Part shown: one piece after another, positions 10,372 to 24,600 of the stretch
Position numbering within the stretch: position 1 is the stretch's first letter
Layout of the letters: every line of letters begins with the position of its first letter
Source: Yuukianura sp. NJ FZ-2021
Taxonomy: Eukaryota
Reading direction: 5' to 3'
Assembly (NCBI GenBank): GCA_046563655.1
Contig: CM102285.1
Span: 10,416,001-10,480,000, forward strand
Length of the DNA stretch: 64,000 bases
The notes under the pieces: generated by a model
Told to the model about the DNA's origin: nothing
Seen by the model: the letters and a program-made list of their open reading frames with translations, nothing else
Database searches by the model: none
Translations under genes and position numbers: made by a program

Positions 10372-12593
10372 ATGAATATCGTAGAGGGCCAGTTGGACGA
10401 CCCAGATGACAGCGCAATTCATGTTTCACCGTTGCGTGGATTTGCACATGCTGGAGAAATATGGCGTCAAGTACATTCTGAATTTTGAAGTTTGAAAAAA
10501 ATAAAATCAAAAAGTTCTAAGCTATAGTTTTTGTGGTTAGATGCTGATGGAAGATTTTCGTTTCATGGAAGCTGCTCGAATGGGATCTGGAGAGTTTTAT
10601 ACTGGCGGTGATCTCTCTACGGACGATTTAAAACGTGAGAATAATTTGTTTTAATTATAATTTTGTTTAAAATTAACAAAAATTGTTAGAATGTTTGGAT
10701 TCTTAGAGATGTCAAAGGTCAAGCAGCTCATGATCACAAATCCTCATGGATTGATAAACTTTGCCAATTACGATTATAAGACCCCTCTAACCAGTGTAAT
10801 AACCAAACCATTAATAAGGTGAAGCAATCCGCATTTTTTAAATTCAAACATTAATTTTTATTGACTTATTTAGAGTGAAGAGAAGGATTACGTTGTCGTC
10901 ACAGACTACAGAACACGTCGGTTTATGACGCGCATGTCCGTATGGCCGCCGAAGTCCGTTTTTGCTCACTGGCTACTTGGAACTCAAGCGTTTCAAACCA
11001 TAATGATTCTTGTCATCCTTTTCAATTCTTTCCTGATGGCCATCGATGGAGGTTAGAAATGCTAAACCTCGTTGCAGTCATGATATAGTTTTGGAAAAAA
11101 CGCTGGAAATTGTTTGACGTTAAAAATATTGCTTTGTAGAATTGGGAATCGAAAATTCATCAACTGCCAGGCCAATTCTAGACACGCTGGACTTCTTCTG
11201 TTTGTCAATGTTCGTTCTTGAAATTCTGTTGAAGTGGGCTGACAGTTTCAAGTTGTTTTGGAAAGACTACTGGAACGTTTTTGATTTTGTGGTTACAGCA
11301 ATGGTAACTGTTAAAAAGAGACGATTTCAGAATTTTCTGGTAGTTTTTGTTCAATCAGCTTCTTTCTTATAGTCTCTAGTTGCTCCAGCCCTGGACGTTT
11401 TGACACAATCTACCCAAGACGATGATCGCTTAACACTTATCATTGCAATTGTCAAGTACATTCGGATTTTGCGAATCATGCGTTCGCTGAACGTAGTCAC
11501 TCGAATTGAAAAGATCATGATCATTTGGGCTGCAATTGCCCGTACAGCCAAGTCGCTTCTGTTCATCACACTGCTCATGTTCATCTTCTTCTACATTTTT
11601 GCTGTCATTGGGCTACAAGTTTTCGAGAAATTTACAATTTCACATCGAACTGATCTTAAGTACAAACATGCCTTCAGCGTAAGAAGTCTTTAAAATTAAA
11701 CGAGTACTTAATCGCCGTGCTTCAATATTCTAGCATAGCCTAACTACGGATAATTTTCGTTGTTCGATTTTTCAGAATCTTCCGAACGCAATGGTAACGC
11801 TGTTCCAACTTTTCACTTTGGATAAGTGGTACCCCATGGTTATGACCCTTGGAGATGGAATGGAAGACATGACAATGGCTGTGATCTACGTTCTTTTCTG
11901 GATTCTCCTTGGTTCTTTCATTTTCCGAAATATTTTTGTGGGCGTAATGGGTAAATATTTAAAATTTTGAAGAACTTTAGAAAATTGCGATCAAGATTTC
12001 TGTTTTATTCACTCTACAGTAAGCAACTTCCAGAATATCCGAAAGGAATTTCAAGAAGAAGAGGAAGTGACGCTAAGGGATGAAGAACGTCTGGCGGAAC
12101 AGGAACTGAATGTATTTGGATTACACGAGGACATGTAAACCGTCTATATCAAAAGGTCAACCACTAAAATAAGAGGTCAAACTAACTCTTGGCAAATTTC
12201 AGGGGTAAAAATATTGATGGGAGAGAAGACGTATTGATTGATTGGGAAGAACAAGTCTTTCATGACCTTAACCTGCTGAATCTGTGTGAGAATCTGGAAT
12301 TGACTCCTTCGCTTTGGCCACGCGACACATTGTTAGATTTAGAAAAACCTTTGCAAATTCGACCCGAATTTTTACTGTGTTTAATCGCAAAATATTTCTT
12401 GCAGATTTTTGTACTACATCCTAATGGAATCCTTGTCCTGGAATATGGATGAACGAGACATTTTATTTGACCACATCAGTATGTACTCACGCTGCTGCCA
12501 AGTTTTAATGTATAACTTAACTATTTTTCTAGACATTTCTAAAATTTCGATCCCGTTTTAGACACGGCTCTTTCGATGTGCTATGATCGCTGA
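10372..12593 (+). CDS. CATSPER2: CatSper2-like sperm cation channel alpha subunit, copy B (tandem paralog)
   Basis: Starts MNIVEGQLDDPDDSAIHVSPLRGFAHAGEIWRQ. It has the same exon architecture and intron phases as copy A, the same S4 and TLDKW pore, NFQNIRKE, WPRDTL, and the identical end TALSMCYDR* (TGA 12591-12593). I saw no frameshift or premature stop in the hand-spliced model. Confidence 0.9.
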
Positions 12594-13322
12594 CGTTCCA
12601 GAGCGATAGCGGATTGCTGCCGAGTTAAGGCTGAACTGGATATGTGATGGCACAAAACAAAATAAGCATAACCTATTTAACCAGTCATGTGTCACTACTA
12701 CATTTGATGGTTAATTAAAAGTTTTAATTTAAAACTTTCAAATCCTTGCCTAATTTCAAAATTCCTGTTGTTGACTCTTACAAACTCATCGTTATAAGAG
12801 CCCTTCATCATCAAAGTATTGGCGTCATAAAAGCAGCGGGATTTTGTAGGGTGTTTTCCGCTTTGAAATATTTTTGGCGCGCAGCGCGCAGCCCGGCCTT
12901 TCATCGCCGATCTTTCTTCTCTTTTGATTTTTTTGATTTTGCAAATCGTTTCGCGTGGTTTTGCAAACTTGAGTTTAATTCTTTTCGTCAGGTGCCATTC
13001 TGCTTAGTTTTTCATTACTATTTGGGTACGGCTTTCAGAACAGTTTCGCTCACACATCGTCGATCGATTGATAACGTAATCATTCCTTGTCTTGGGCTTT
13101 CTCTTCGTTTAGGCCTTGATTTAGGACAAAGGTATCTTTAATAATAATCGTTTTATTCAACTAAGAAACGAAAAAGAATGAACTTCCGTCAATAAGCAAG
13201 GTTGGCAAATAGGGAATTGGTATGGGATTACGATTAACAATAGTATGCATCAATTCTAGGGCTCGGACTACGGGTACTTCTCGTTAATCAAGTGGAGTCG
13301 GCCAGAACGCCAGAAGGAAGAT

Positions 13323-15253
13323 ATGGAATACGGTAACCCGGTGATGATCACGTCCAATATGAACTTTGCCTTAGGAGGGGATGTCGTGAAAGCAGGTCCA
13401 AATAGTAATTCGTTTGTACGGGATATCAGCATCATAACGGCGTTCATGGCCACCAATTATGCCATTCACAAAGCTGCCCCTCATGTTCGGCCAGCTATTT
13501 CACTTATTGCTCGTCGGGTAAGTTTGGAATTGCAATCTGGGACTCCCAGACTGGGAGAGCTACGCTAGTCAAGTAAATGAGACGTTGTTACGGTGTTTAG
13601 TTAACGTTAAAGTACTGTTGTTTCTTGTAGTCTGGACCGTATTTGAACCAGCTAAGCGAAACGGCACGCGGTGTTGCAGACGCTGTTTCCCGAATTCGAA
13701 GCCTACTTCGCAGAAGAAATGAACACGAAACATTCGTCCGATTTGTTGCAAGGAATCTTCCATCGTTTATATTTGATCCAGCACCTCGAATATTTGTTCT
13801 ACTGCAAGGAGTTTCATGTGCTTCCGCTAACGAAATATTAAGAGATAGACAAATTCGCCCGGCCCTTAGTGAATTAGAAGAATTTAATGATGAGGGAATC
13901 ATCGTGGCTTATGCAAAGACGTCTGACAGCGAAAGTGAAGCTGTGGAACCGACAGATGCACTTCCGGATTTTGGATTCGTGGATACTTGGCCTAACACCA
14001 ACCTAACTATGAAATTCGATCCATGGTAAAACGTATCCCTTATGAACTTACTACTATCGACCTTTATTCACATCATGCATAACCAGTTTAGTTAGTTTGG
14101 ATAGTATACAATATTCATCGTATTGTTCTTATTTCATAGGACTGGTGCTGGGGGTTGCTCCACTCCGATGGGATATGCCTCGCCTGTCCATCAATGGCTT
14201 GCCACAAGTGTGAATCCACCAGCCCAATTTACTAATGAAGAATCAGCCGTTCTGGAGGCGAATGCAACAAAAATTGCTACACTGGAAGCCGAGCTTATCA
14301 AAATGAAAGCAATGGTTGAAACGATTCTTCAAAGTCAAGCGAATTTTCGGGATTATCCACCCGCACCTCAGCCGATCCCAATAACAACTCAGCAAGAGCA
14401 TTTGAATCAACCATCAGCAGCACCGCCCCCACCTCCGCCTCCTCCTCCTCCTCCAGCTCCAATTTTTCATTCAGCCCTCAACGGTCAAAAAATCATCAAG
14501 CTGAAAACGAAAACCGAGCTAGAATCTAACGCACTCACTCCTCCAGTTCCTACTGAAACAACTAAGGCTGGCCCGTTATCGATGTCTGATGTCTTGAAAG
14601 GATTGAGTAACGTGAAGTTGAAACCTGTTGAACGGTAAATGTAACACGTAGACGTTTACTATCTTTGAATTTGTACAAACTCGCTAACATTGTTGTCTAT
14701 TTTTAATGCCAAAGATCCCCAGGGGGGACCCCGTTCAAACCGACTCGAATCTCAAATGAGACTGATCCCGCTGCAATGATTGCTGCCGCCCTCAAGAAAC
14801 GGTTTGCCAGTATCCAATCTCCGGCCTTATCGAATGTGGACGAGGAAGATAGTTTCTCCGACAAGGAAAATCAACCATTGAGTGGCTCAGACTCTTTTAG
14901 CAAAAGCCCTTCTTTTTTCCAATTCGGGAAATCTGGGAATCGTAAGAAGAAGTCCAGTGCTGCAGTGCTTGATTCGCCATTAGGTCTGAAACGTTCCAGT
15001 TCGGATCAGAAGCTGAATACATCCTTTCCGAAAAAGAGAAAGTCAACTGGTTCTCCGGCAGAGCAATCTCCAACACCATTGGTGAGATTCAATAATTCTC
15101 ATCCTTTTTTTTTGCTTGCCGTACTGCAACTTATAATAAAAACGCTCACTTTGACAATTTCAGTTTGGTCAACATTTGCTGAAACGGAGAGTTACTAACT
15201 CGCTGCAGAAGAAGCTGGGACGATTGAGTCTGGGCGAGGAAACAAACAACTAA
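13323..15253 (+). CDS. MTFR1: Mitochondrial fission regulator (MTFR1/MTFR2 family)
   Basis: Exons 13323-13517, 13631-14025, 14140-14634, 14715-15081 and 15164-15253. Family motifs: FVRFVARNLP, coiled coil KIATLEAELIKMKAMVETI, polyproline tract, SMSDVLKGLSNVKLKPVERSPGGTP, DPAAMIAAALKKRFA, FGQHLLK. The start codon choice is less certain. Confidence 0.85.
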
Positions 15254-18200
15254 TCGATCAATGAAGATGCATGTTCGTAAGTTTTCATTCCGAAGTTACC
15301 AGTTACTACGTAGCAAGTACAAAGTAAAATGTTGAGTTTCTTCAACGTTATTCTGTATGAACAACTATCTACGTCTCTCAGCTAATTCTTGTTACACAGT
15401 CAGTCTGTTGTTGCAGTTTGTTTTTATAAATAATTTCACTGTTCTAGCATAGCTCAAACATATTCTTTTACATTTGTTCACTTTCCGAAACGAGAGTCGT
15501 TTGCTTGAAATAAATCACTCTCTTTTTTACCACTGCCTTATGTAACCGAAAGCCGAGATTTCCGTTTCCTTGTCCTGCTTTCTTTTCCCTTTCAAATTAG
15601 AATGAAACGTAAGCCGCCCCTGTTGTTTGCTAGTTTTGAGAAAGAAAAAGTACAAATGTTTGGTGAATAATGACTTTGTATCTGAACCCGTATAACTTTT
15701 ATTTCTTGTTTTCTAAAAGTACACAGCAAAGAAAATTGGATGATCATGGAGAAGATAGTCTGGCGAGGAAGCAGCCTTCAAATAAATAAGGCTTCTTCCC
15801 TTGCTCTGTTCCAGATGAAACTTGAGATGTTGGCAGAAGTTTCCTACGTTAGAGAAAGTTTTAATCAAATGACAATGTCTCCAAGTGGAACCTCCGACTT
15901 TCTCTGCTTTTCTGTGTTGTTTGAAACTGGAGGAGGCGTTATCCTTGCTACAAGCAAAGCTCACCTCTATCTTTTCACATTTAAACCAAACTTTTGTTGG
16001 TTAAAAAGAGGACGTGAAGAAAACCAGAAATGATGACAAATTAAGACTTGCCGTTTGTAAACTAACAAGGGAGAGAAGACTTTTGGCTTGAGGAAAGAGC
16101 TCTGAACAGCCTCCAAACTTCCTGATTGTCTTACCCGTCTTAATTATTGTGGCTAGCGACGCAGTTTCCAGTGGTCACAAGTCAAGTGATGCCCGACGAC
16201 ATCGTGCAACTACAGATATTTCTTGAAGTTACGGAAAGTATTGGGGTTAACTCAGATATAGTACTTCTTCTGAACTTCTTCCCTTAACTTCATGTGTCTC
16301 AGAACGTGAAAATTCTAACTTACGTGCAGATTCGTTGAAATAATGCGGAGAAAGCTAACTTTCTCTTTTCTTCGCACTAAATCTACAAAAGTGGCAGTTA
16401 AGTTTCTCAAACCGCTGGAAATTTCATAGGAATTTCAGAATTTTTAAAAAGTAAGACTTTTCAGTGTTTTTCATTTTTGGATCTCCTGGCTTTTTTTCTC
16501 GTTTTCCTGGAAATCGGGTTTTGTGCATGCAAAATAATAACTAGAGGAGCTTAATTTTAAGTTGGATCAACTTTCATTTTTATGACCAGACTTTCCTGGA
16601 AGCGAGTCTTTTTTTCAAAAATTTAGAAAAGAAAGTTGGTGCTTTTTATACCTTTGAAAGAGCGTTCTTTTACGCTGCAAGTTGAAGATAAATGGAATTG
16701 TGCTGAATTCTAAGGAAGACTTTTACTACCTTTGCTTTTTAGTATTCTTCGTCCAATGGCCAAAGTGTCATTCGTGAGAGATCACATTTTCACACAGATG
16801 CCCACCATCTTAAATCGTTTTTTAGTACCTAACGGAAGCAACTTTTTTTTTTGTTCTAAAGCAGACATTGAAAAACTTGGGTGAAAACGAGAAAACCCAG
16901 AACACTTCCTGTTTTTTTTTCGGTTTTTTCCTAAAGTGATCTGCACAGTTTCTGAATGTTTTGAAAAACCAGAAATAGACACACGGAATTGAATATTTGA
17001 CGCAAACAGGGCGCTGTTACTAATTTTAGCAGGTGAAAAACTTGTCAAATGATAATCCCTCATATCAGGTTGTTCTGCAAATTGAAATTGCGAAATTCGT
17101 CATGTTTTTCACCATAATCCAATCTATTTGTCCAAAGTGTTTTCCTGTTTTCATTGTTGAAACTGGATTTTCAAGGTGAAATATCTTGAGAACCAAAACC
17201 ACATTGTACTGTAATCTTAATTTTCGAAATTGTACTGTATGAGAATCCATTGATTTGAAATTTTTTGCGAAATTTTTTATGTATAATCATTTTACTGCGG
17301 CACAAGTGTTTTGTTTTCTAAAGCGCTCTTTAGTGAAAGTAAACAGTCGAGCCTACGCTAAATTTTTACTTCAGAAGTATGACTGTAGAATGTTAAGTTA
17401 TTTTGAGAAAAAATATTGAGAACAAGCGTAACAGTGAAAGGTGAATGAAATGAGGAGAAAGTTTGCTGAATTGTAAATGTAAATACACGTAGGTTTTGTA
17501 AACACATGGAGGCAGAGCGGAATATCAAAAGAAATGTTGGTTGTTTTGAGCCTTCGGTTATAAAAATAGCTCCAAGTGGACTTTCACCTTTCGCTTGTCC
17601 AAAACTTTCGCTTCCTGCATCTTCTCCAACAGTAAACAACACTTCTAGCAGGATTTTTTTTAGGTTGAGGATATCTAAAAATATGCCTCTGCTGCGTTTC
17701 TAGCTAAGAGAGAAAACTTTTTTTTTTAGGAGAAAGTAGCGTCGGAAGAGAGAGGGTCAATGCGGCGCATTCCAAAACCTTTTGCCTCACCTCCACTTCC
17801 TACTAACCAAGTCAAGCAGAAACACGACTCTATTTTCGGAACAATTCGGCCAAAATCCAATGGAACTTTTTTATTTGAACAAAAAATGGATGTTTTGGAA
17901 TTGAAAGTAAAAGAAAGTTGAGTTCTCAACAGTGATGGGGGATTTTGCCGCAATTCAACAGCAAAAATTCTAAAATTTTGAATTTTTAGAAATAATGAGA
18001 ATAGAGATAATGTTTACGCACAAATGTTAATTGCTAGGTTAGGTAAGTTAGAGTAACTAATCAAATGGAAAGTAGAGTGAAAACCGGAAATGCTAGGCTG
18101 ATGTCAGTTACAAATTAACTGTGTATAGTAGACAATAAATTTTACGAAATTCGATGGCAAACAGAGATTCTCATACACAAAACAGCCGCAGTTTGCTGGT

Positions 18201-21200
18201 GGCTCAACCTTTTCAGAATACGGTTGGTCAAATCAAGTAAAATGTTCAAACGGAGCCTTTTTTGCGTCTTTTATAAAAATTTGAGGAGTAGGTGAGCTGT
18301 TTGATGGTTCCAAAAATAACAGAAATAGAAGTAACTTTCCCCTGACTCGAAGTTTAAGTTAGGTTAGGCTAACGTGAAAGTAGAGTCATGCGTTCTCCGC
18401 ACCTTGCTCTGCTAGTATGTCCAGTTGGATCTCCACTTGGCAGACTTTCTCCTCCGTTCCACTAACGGGAAAAAGGAGTGTTTCCTCGACACAGTTTAGG
18501 TTAGGGTTCCTTCAGAATCAGCGTAAAAACCATAGCCAAGCTCCTTCCAGACCTCCCACCGAACCAGTTCCGTCACAACGTACAACGTAGCCATTCTACT
18601 TCGTCTAGTAAGCGACAGTCATCGGCCAACCACCTCTGTAACCAGACTTACTCACCGTGTTTACCATTTTACTACATGTGGACACCGTGAATTCATTCTT
18701 GGGGAACAGTTACAACATCGCAGGCAGTGGGCACTGGGACATTGTCAGTATAATCAATGTCGGAGAGAAAAAACAGTAATTGGTGAAAGTAATTCCAATT
18801 GATTTTCGAAGTTAATTTTTGAGTGTTGTATTCGGAGTGTGTACAAGCTTGAGAAGCTCACATGAAGATTAACAGAAGCTGAAAATCCTCAATACCGGTA
18901 TTTGTCATTTTCAATTTTAAAAAAATTATACTTTCTCTATAAATTTTGAACAAAGTACCGAAACTAGTTTTTTAAATTTCAAAACCAAAACAAGCAGCCA
19001 ATAACTTCAAACTTAACTGACTTTCTTCAATTAGTCTATTTTAACAAAGCTCTTTTGACATTAGATTTACTTCCTCTAATTCAAGTTTTGTGTGATTCAG
19101 CTTGTTTGGCTTCTTTTTCCATTGTGCTGAATCGTGATTTAAGTTTTATTGCAGTAACTAAAGTAGTAGTAACTTTGGTGAAAGTTGATTCTATAAACTT
19201 GATGATGTTGAGTGAATGGCTGATTCGACATAAACTATAAGGTCACTTTTATGCTTGGACTTTCACTGTATGTTGCCTTCGTAAGTCGGCTGATCATACG
19301 CACCGCCTCCACCCATTACCTAATCCTTGTTTGTCTACGACTCCAGGACATGCGACGGAATAGAAAACGTAAAAAGAAAGTGAAAGCTCCATCCAATGGC
19401 CATCCTTCGTCCTCCATCCATTCACATATCTCTCCTCTATTGACTAAATCCAGTCACAACAATTCCCTCGTCCCTAAAAATAGAACGAACAACTCTATAT
19501 CTGCTTCCGGGCCTACGAAGATTTATCGTCTCCAAATACGATATCCTACTTTACTAAACCTAAACCTAACTGTGTCTCCTAAGCATCGCTATCGCTTTAG
19601 GAACAAACCCGGAAAATACTCGTGCTTTTAAATCTACCCGGTTCTGAAACACATTTCCTCTCAATTAATTACTTCTACTCTAAATTGCCCCATGGGTTAA
19701 TTCCCAAGAGATAGTCTCACGTATAAATAATATGTTTGGATCTAGAGGAAGGAGGGGCTGGGCAATTATTAATCTGGGATTCTAGTAGGAGAAATCTAGC
19801 ATTCCGGCAATTCTAGGATTCTAGAATTTCAACATGATGACGATGTTGTTGCTGCTGGAGAGAGAGACTCAGAGCACAGGATAGGATTTAGTTTGATCTA
19901 AATATTTGAACAAACAGAGAAGCTGCAGGGTTCAGTTTCCAAGTGTGTTCTAGGAATAGGATGGGCAGTTTATAGAAAACTGTGATGAAAATCTTGTTCA
20001 TGGATACGTAAGAGGAGAGGGAATGGCCATAAATCAATTCTTACCTCTTCCATGTTCCACTTTCTTTGGTCCAATGGGTTCCTTGTGGGCAAGGAGAAAG
20101 TTGAGTGTGTACTTATCTCCACTACACAGACAATTTTATACAGGATATTAAAGACAGGTCGGAGGCTTTTCTTCTGGTCGCAAAGTGAATGTTGCTTACG
20201 GTAGGTGAAAGTAAAGGGACTTGAATTGTAAACAGGATTCAATCAGAATTTCAATAGACTTCTGCAGCGGAGCTCCCTGGACAAGTAAAGTAGCTTTAGC
20301 CTTTTCACGGGATTCTAGAATGACTTTGATCGCACGAGTCAGCTACTCAGGCCAGAGGTCAACGCTCGACTCAAAACTTTCACTTAAAAATAATTTTTCG
20401 TTTTCTTCCATCATAACCGTGGTAAACAACTCAAAAAAAAATTTACCTTTAAATTCTGGCGATTCTTAAATTCTAAATCGTCACTTCACTTCCGTTCCAG
20501 TTACTTCATTTCCAGATAATCATTTACGAACGCATGACGCTCATCCTGTTTTCAATTTGTACCAAATCAAAAACAGTTTACTATGCTTAGGTTAAGATAG
20601 CCTAACCTGATTTCAAACTACTTTAACATAACTTTTTCTGCCAAAAGACAAGCTAAAGTGTAAACTTTTTTTAGACAGAGAGTGGTTGAGTTACCGTACG
20701 GAGGAAGATGGATTTAGAGAAAGTAAGGAAAAGTTAGAGTGAACGAGAGAGAGTTCAGTCACCTCAGAAGGAACTGAATCTGTTGCTTTTGTTAGTCATC
20801 GTCATTGCAGGCGCTTTGTCTGCTCAGTCCCAAGTCTTTTCCGCTGACCCAGTTCCTTTATTCCCACTGCCTCTGACGTCAGCGGGCCAGCTACTGGAGA
20901 AAGCCTTTTAAGTTTTCCCTTTCTCACAACAGCTCCAACCCGACGATTCTCTGTATACCAAACTATTGATTTCGACACCTTTATTCTTATTTCTCAAAAC
21001 TACTTTTGCGTTTACCAAAAAGCCTCATCTTCTTCTTTTGTTTAGAATCATTATTTTCTGTCACACTACAACTGGGAAAGTCTCTTCCTCAAGGGAAAGG
21101 AGCAACGGAAGGATTAATAATCCACACACAAAGGTGTCACTTTGAAAAATAACTAGAACAGGAAAGGCGTCATTTCACAAAACCAGAACTTCCAGCGTTT

Positions 21201-21499
21201 TCATGAAATAAAGCCTCGGGACTTTTAAGGAATGTATTTCCTTTTTCAAATCAAGAAATTCTTTAGATGAGTAAACCGCGTACTGCGTCCTTCTAGTAAT
21301 TAAAAATTTATTATTACACATTCAGTTATTCTAATCTTCTAAAAATAAACAACGCTTTTGCTTGTTTTAAATAAAAGTTGTGGCGTAATAAACTCAAAAA
21401 TATTTGGGTTTCAGAATTTATGTTTAATTTAATTCATAGGTCTGCTGTTACTGCATCACAGAAGCGTCAGTAACACTGCTTTTCCTTTTGAATTTTCAG

Positions 21500-21665
21500 G
21501 GAAAGTGAGTTTGAAGTTGGCGGGTTGGGAGAAGGAAGTCGTGCTGGACAAAACCCGGGAGACAAAGAAGAAATGATTCCCTTCTCAGCCTCCATCCTGT
21601 GTTCGGCTGGACGAGCTGGAAATGCGGGCGGAGGTGGCCAAAATTTGATCATTATTGATCCACCG
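21500..21665 (+). other. Putative first coding exon of the long PDE7 isoform
   Basis: Acceptor TTTTCAG|G at 21499/21500 and donor CCG|GTAAGT at 21665/21666. GC-rich open frame [31 protein letters not shown]. The phase-0 end matches the phase-0 start of exon 37603-37654. Confidence 0.55.
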
Positions 21666-24600
21666 GTAAGTTTATCATTAACAAATTGCTTTCTTCTCTC
21701 TCTCTGTCCTCCTACTTTCTCTTCAGCTTACACCTACGAAGTAGCGTTTTTGGTCCATTTCCTCCTGGCAACCACTACTCAACCTCCAGTTTTAGAAACT
21801 CAGATGGGATCACTCCGCTTCTGTTCTAGTTTGTACCATAAGGGAGTTAGGAAGAGCTCGATCTTGTCGTTGTCGTTGAAGATGATGGAACCAGCCATTA
21901 ACTTAATTTCAATTTCCTAAAACTTTCTCCTCGAAAAATACTGAATCATGATTGAGAGATAATGGTGCTAAATTGGAAAGTAGTTTCAAGAACCAAGACA
22001 GGCACGAACAATGTTCTATTTTTTCCTGGTTAGAACTTTCTTTGTCGTGGTGTGCCAAGCTAGTGAAGGATTAGTTGGAGATTTTATAGTTTATTAATTA
22101 TAATTTATAACTTTTTTTTTATAATAGTTTAGATGCAAGAGTCTCCTTCTCCTCTCCTGTACCGTATGACAGTGCAATAATTATGGAGAAAAGTGAAAAT
22201 TATTTGCAACACACTTTCTTTTGTTTTTGGATTTTTGGAAAAAGCCTGCGCAGGAGATGTATAATTTTAGACTTTTTTCGTTAAGTTTTCCTTAGGTTTA
22301 GTTTCTAGTTTTTACTTCCACCTACGCCCATAATTAACAATCATAATTAGATTGCCTAGGCTTAAAACGGACGGTGCTTTGAAGCAGGAAAATAGGATTT
22401 GTGTATTGAGTGTGTATGGGGGTGGTGAAATTCAATTTTGCGCCACGAATTTAGCGAAAGTGTCTTTTCAGCATTTTCAGAACCAATATTTTTTGAAGTA
22501 GTTTTTAGAAATTTAATAATTTTGAAACCCACTTCTTATCGTTCCATTCGCTTACTAAAAAATGCAATTTCGAGTATCTTTTATATTTTAAACTAAAGTT
22601 AAAGTTGCAAGATTCACCCTAACTAATCTAAGGTTGTGTTGGACTATAGGACAACCCTGAATTTGTTTTTTTTATCAAAAACGTTTTTTTTTGTTTCAAA
22701 ATTATGTTTTAATATGACCAGAAAAATAATTAGGCCTAGAATTTAATAATCTCAAGATTTTATTGGCCCTATGTGTGCAGTTCCTAATCCCTAGTTAGTT
22801 TCACTTAAGAGCCCTCATAAGAAAAAATTAATTGGAACGTGAGATGAGATGGGAGAATATTTTATATTAGCCGTTCGTCTTTTTAAACTAAAAATGGAAG
22901 AGTTTCAAAAGACTTAAGCCTCTTTTCAAGGAATCCAGCACAAAGTTGGTTCTTCCCAGAAGTGGTCCATGGAAACTAAAGCATAAGACTGGAGAAAGTA
23001 CAATACAAAGTTCCAATTTATTCCAAACTTTTCCCTTTTTCTACAGCGGATGAGGCCTCTTGAGACTTATTTGCCCTGACTAGGAGGAAAAAGGCCTCTG
23101 TTCCAAAGTTCAAAATTAGGAACGAAGATTCTGATAACTAATTTTGTAAAAGGAAATCCCCATTGATTCCTCCTTCCTCTTTTCCACACTGAAGATCAGT
23201 TTAGACACAATTATTTTGGAGTGAATGGAAGTGAAAGTTACGGTAGGTGAAAGAGGGGCGAGGACAACGACGATGTCTTAGGCATAAGGTTTCACCGTGG
23301 AAACTTTATAAGCAGAAATAATCTGATGGAAGGATTAAATCCAATAATACTTTCCTCCTCTTCACCACTTCAAACTCCACTTTACTTCGTACTACTTTTA
23401 CTTTTTACTTTTTTATATCGAGAGAAGAGGATTGGATGAACGAAAGTTACACCAAAGTTAAAGCCTCAGCTTCAAATTTGTAATTTAAAAATGACGTCGA
23501 CAGGATTGCGTCAAAGAGAAAGTTTATAAACTTTTTAAAAACCTGATCAAAAGTGGTGACGTCATGTCAGGATCGTTAAGCTTTTGTATTCCTGATAATT
23601 GAATATTATCATGCATTTTCAGCGTTTTTTCATTCATAATCAAAAGTACAATAATTTGTGAAATCTGTATTTTTACACGTATACTATTGCAAAAAAGAGA
23701 ACCTAATGAAACCATGAGCTTAGAAGGAAGCTGAACAGACCTGTGCGCGCTTGTCTTTTTTTTTGCAAATTGATTACCATTTGTTTTGTTTTTCACTTGT
23801 GCGAAGCTTGATGACTAGATGAGAGAGTTTTCAAAGGAAAATCGACAAGGACGTTGCTCGTTAATGGTAATGAGCCTTACTACCTACTGTACCAAGTCAA
23901 ACAGAGTCAACAAGCAAAGTGGAGAAAGTTTCTAATTTGTGCCACGGTCCATTACCATCTGCCTTTGTGAACCAAATCGCCCTTCCTTCCTTCAGCCTTT
24001 CCACTTTCCCTTTGAATAATTTCTAACAAGCCTTTAAAACACGGAAATGGAAAGTTTTCACTTTTTCCTTTGTGTTTTGACCTGTAATTAAACCTCTGTT
24101 CCTAGTCCTAACTCAACCAAAAACTGTTCTTAGTTAACTCGAATGCGGGACACAACTGACGGTTAGGTTATACCAGACTCTAGCAAAGCAAGAGAAAGTA
24201 TTAGAAGCATTTGCTCAGTTGAAACGAGCAAGAGAAAGCATAAAAGTACAAACTGAATTTGACAATAATACGAGACCTCGAAGTTCATTTGAAGCCGAGA
24301 TTAGATTTCTGTTTGAAGACAAAAGAAATTTAAGAATGGATATTAGGCGGCAGGCTGACAGGGAACGTACTTCTTTTTCAACCATATCGACTTTCTCTGA
24401 CGACTCCAGATCAGTTGAGATACAGAGACATTCCAGGAAGATCGTCTGACTAAGCCTCCCTACTGAACTTGTAGTATTTTGGAATCCATTTTGGCCGTGG
24501 ATCTTCTTCTGTCTCCTAGCAAAAGGCGTTGCTCCCAACATGAATTCCCTAGTCAACTTGATTATGTCTCTCAATTGACGTCATTTATCATTTTCCATCA

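Noticed and set aside
8110..11950. A single two-domain channel (TPC) or a fragment of a four-domain Cav/Nav
   Set aside because: Each 6TM unit has its own ATG, homologous N-terminus and stop codon, so these are two separate genes.
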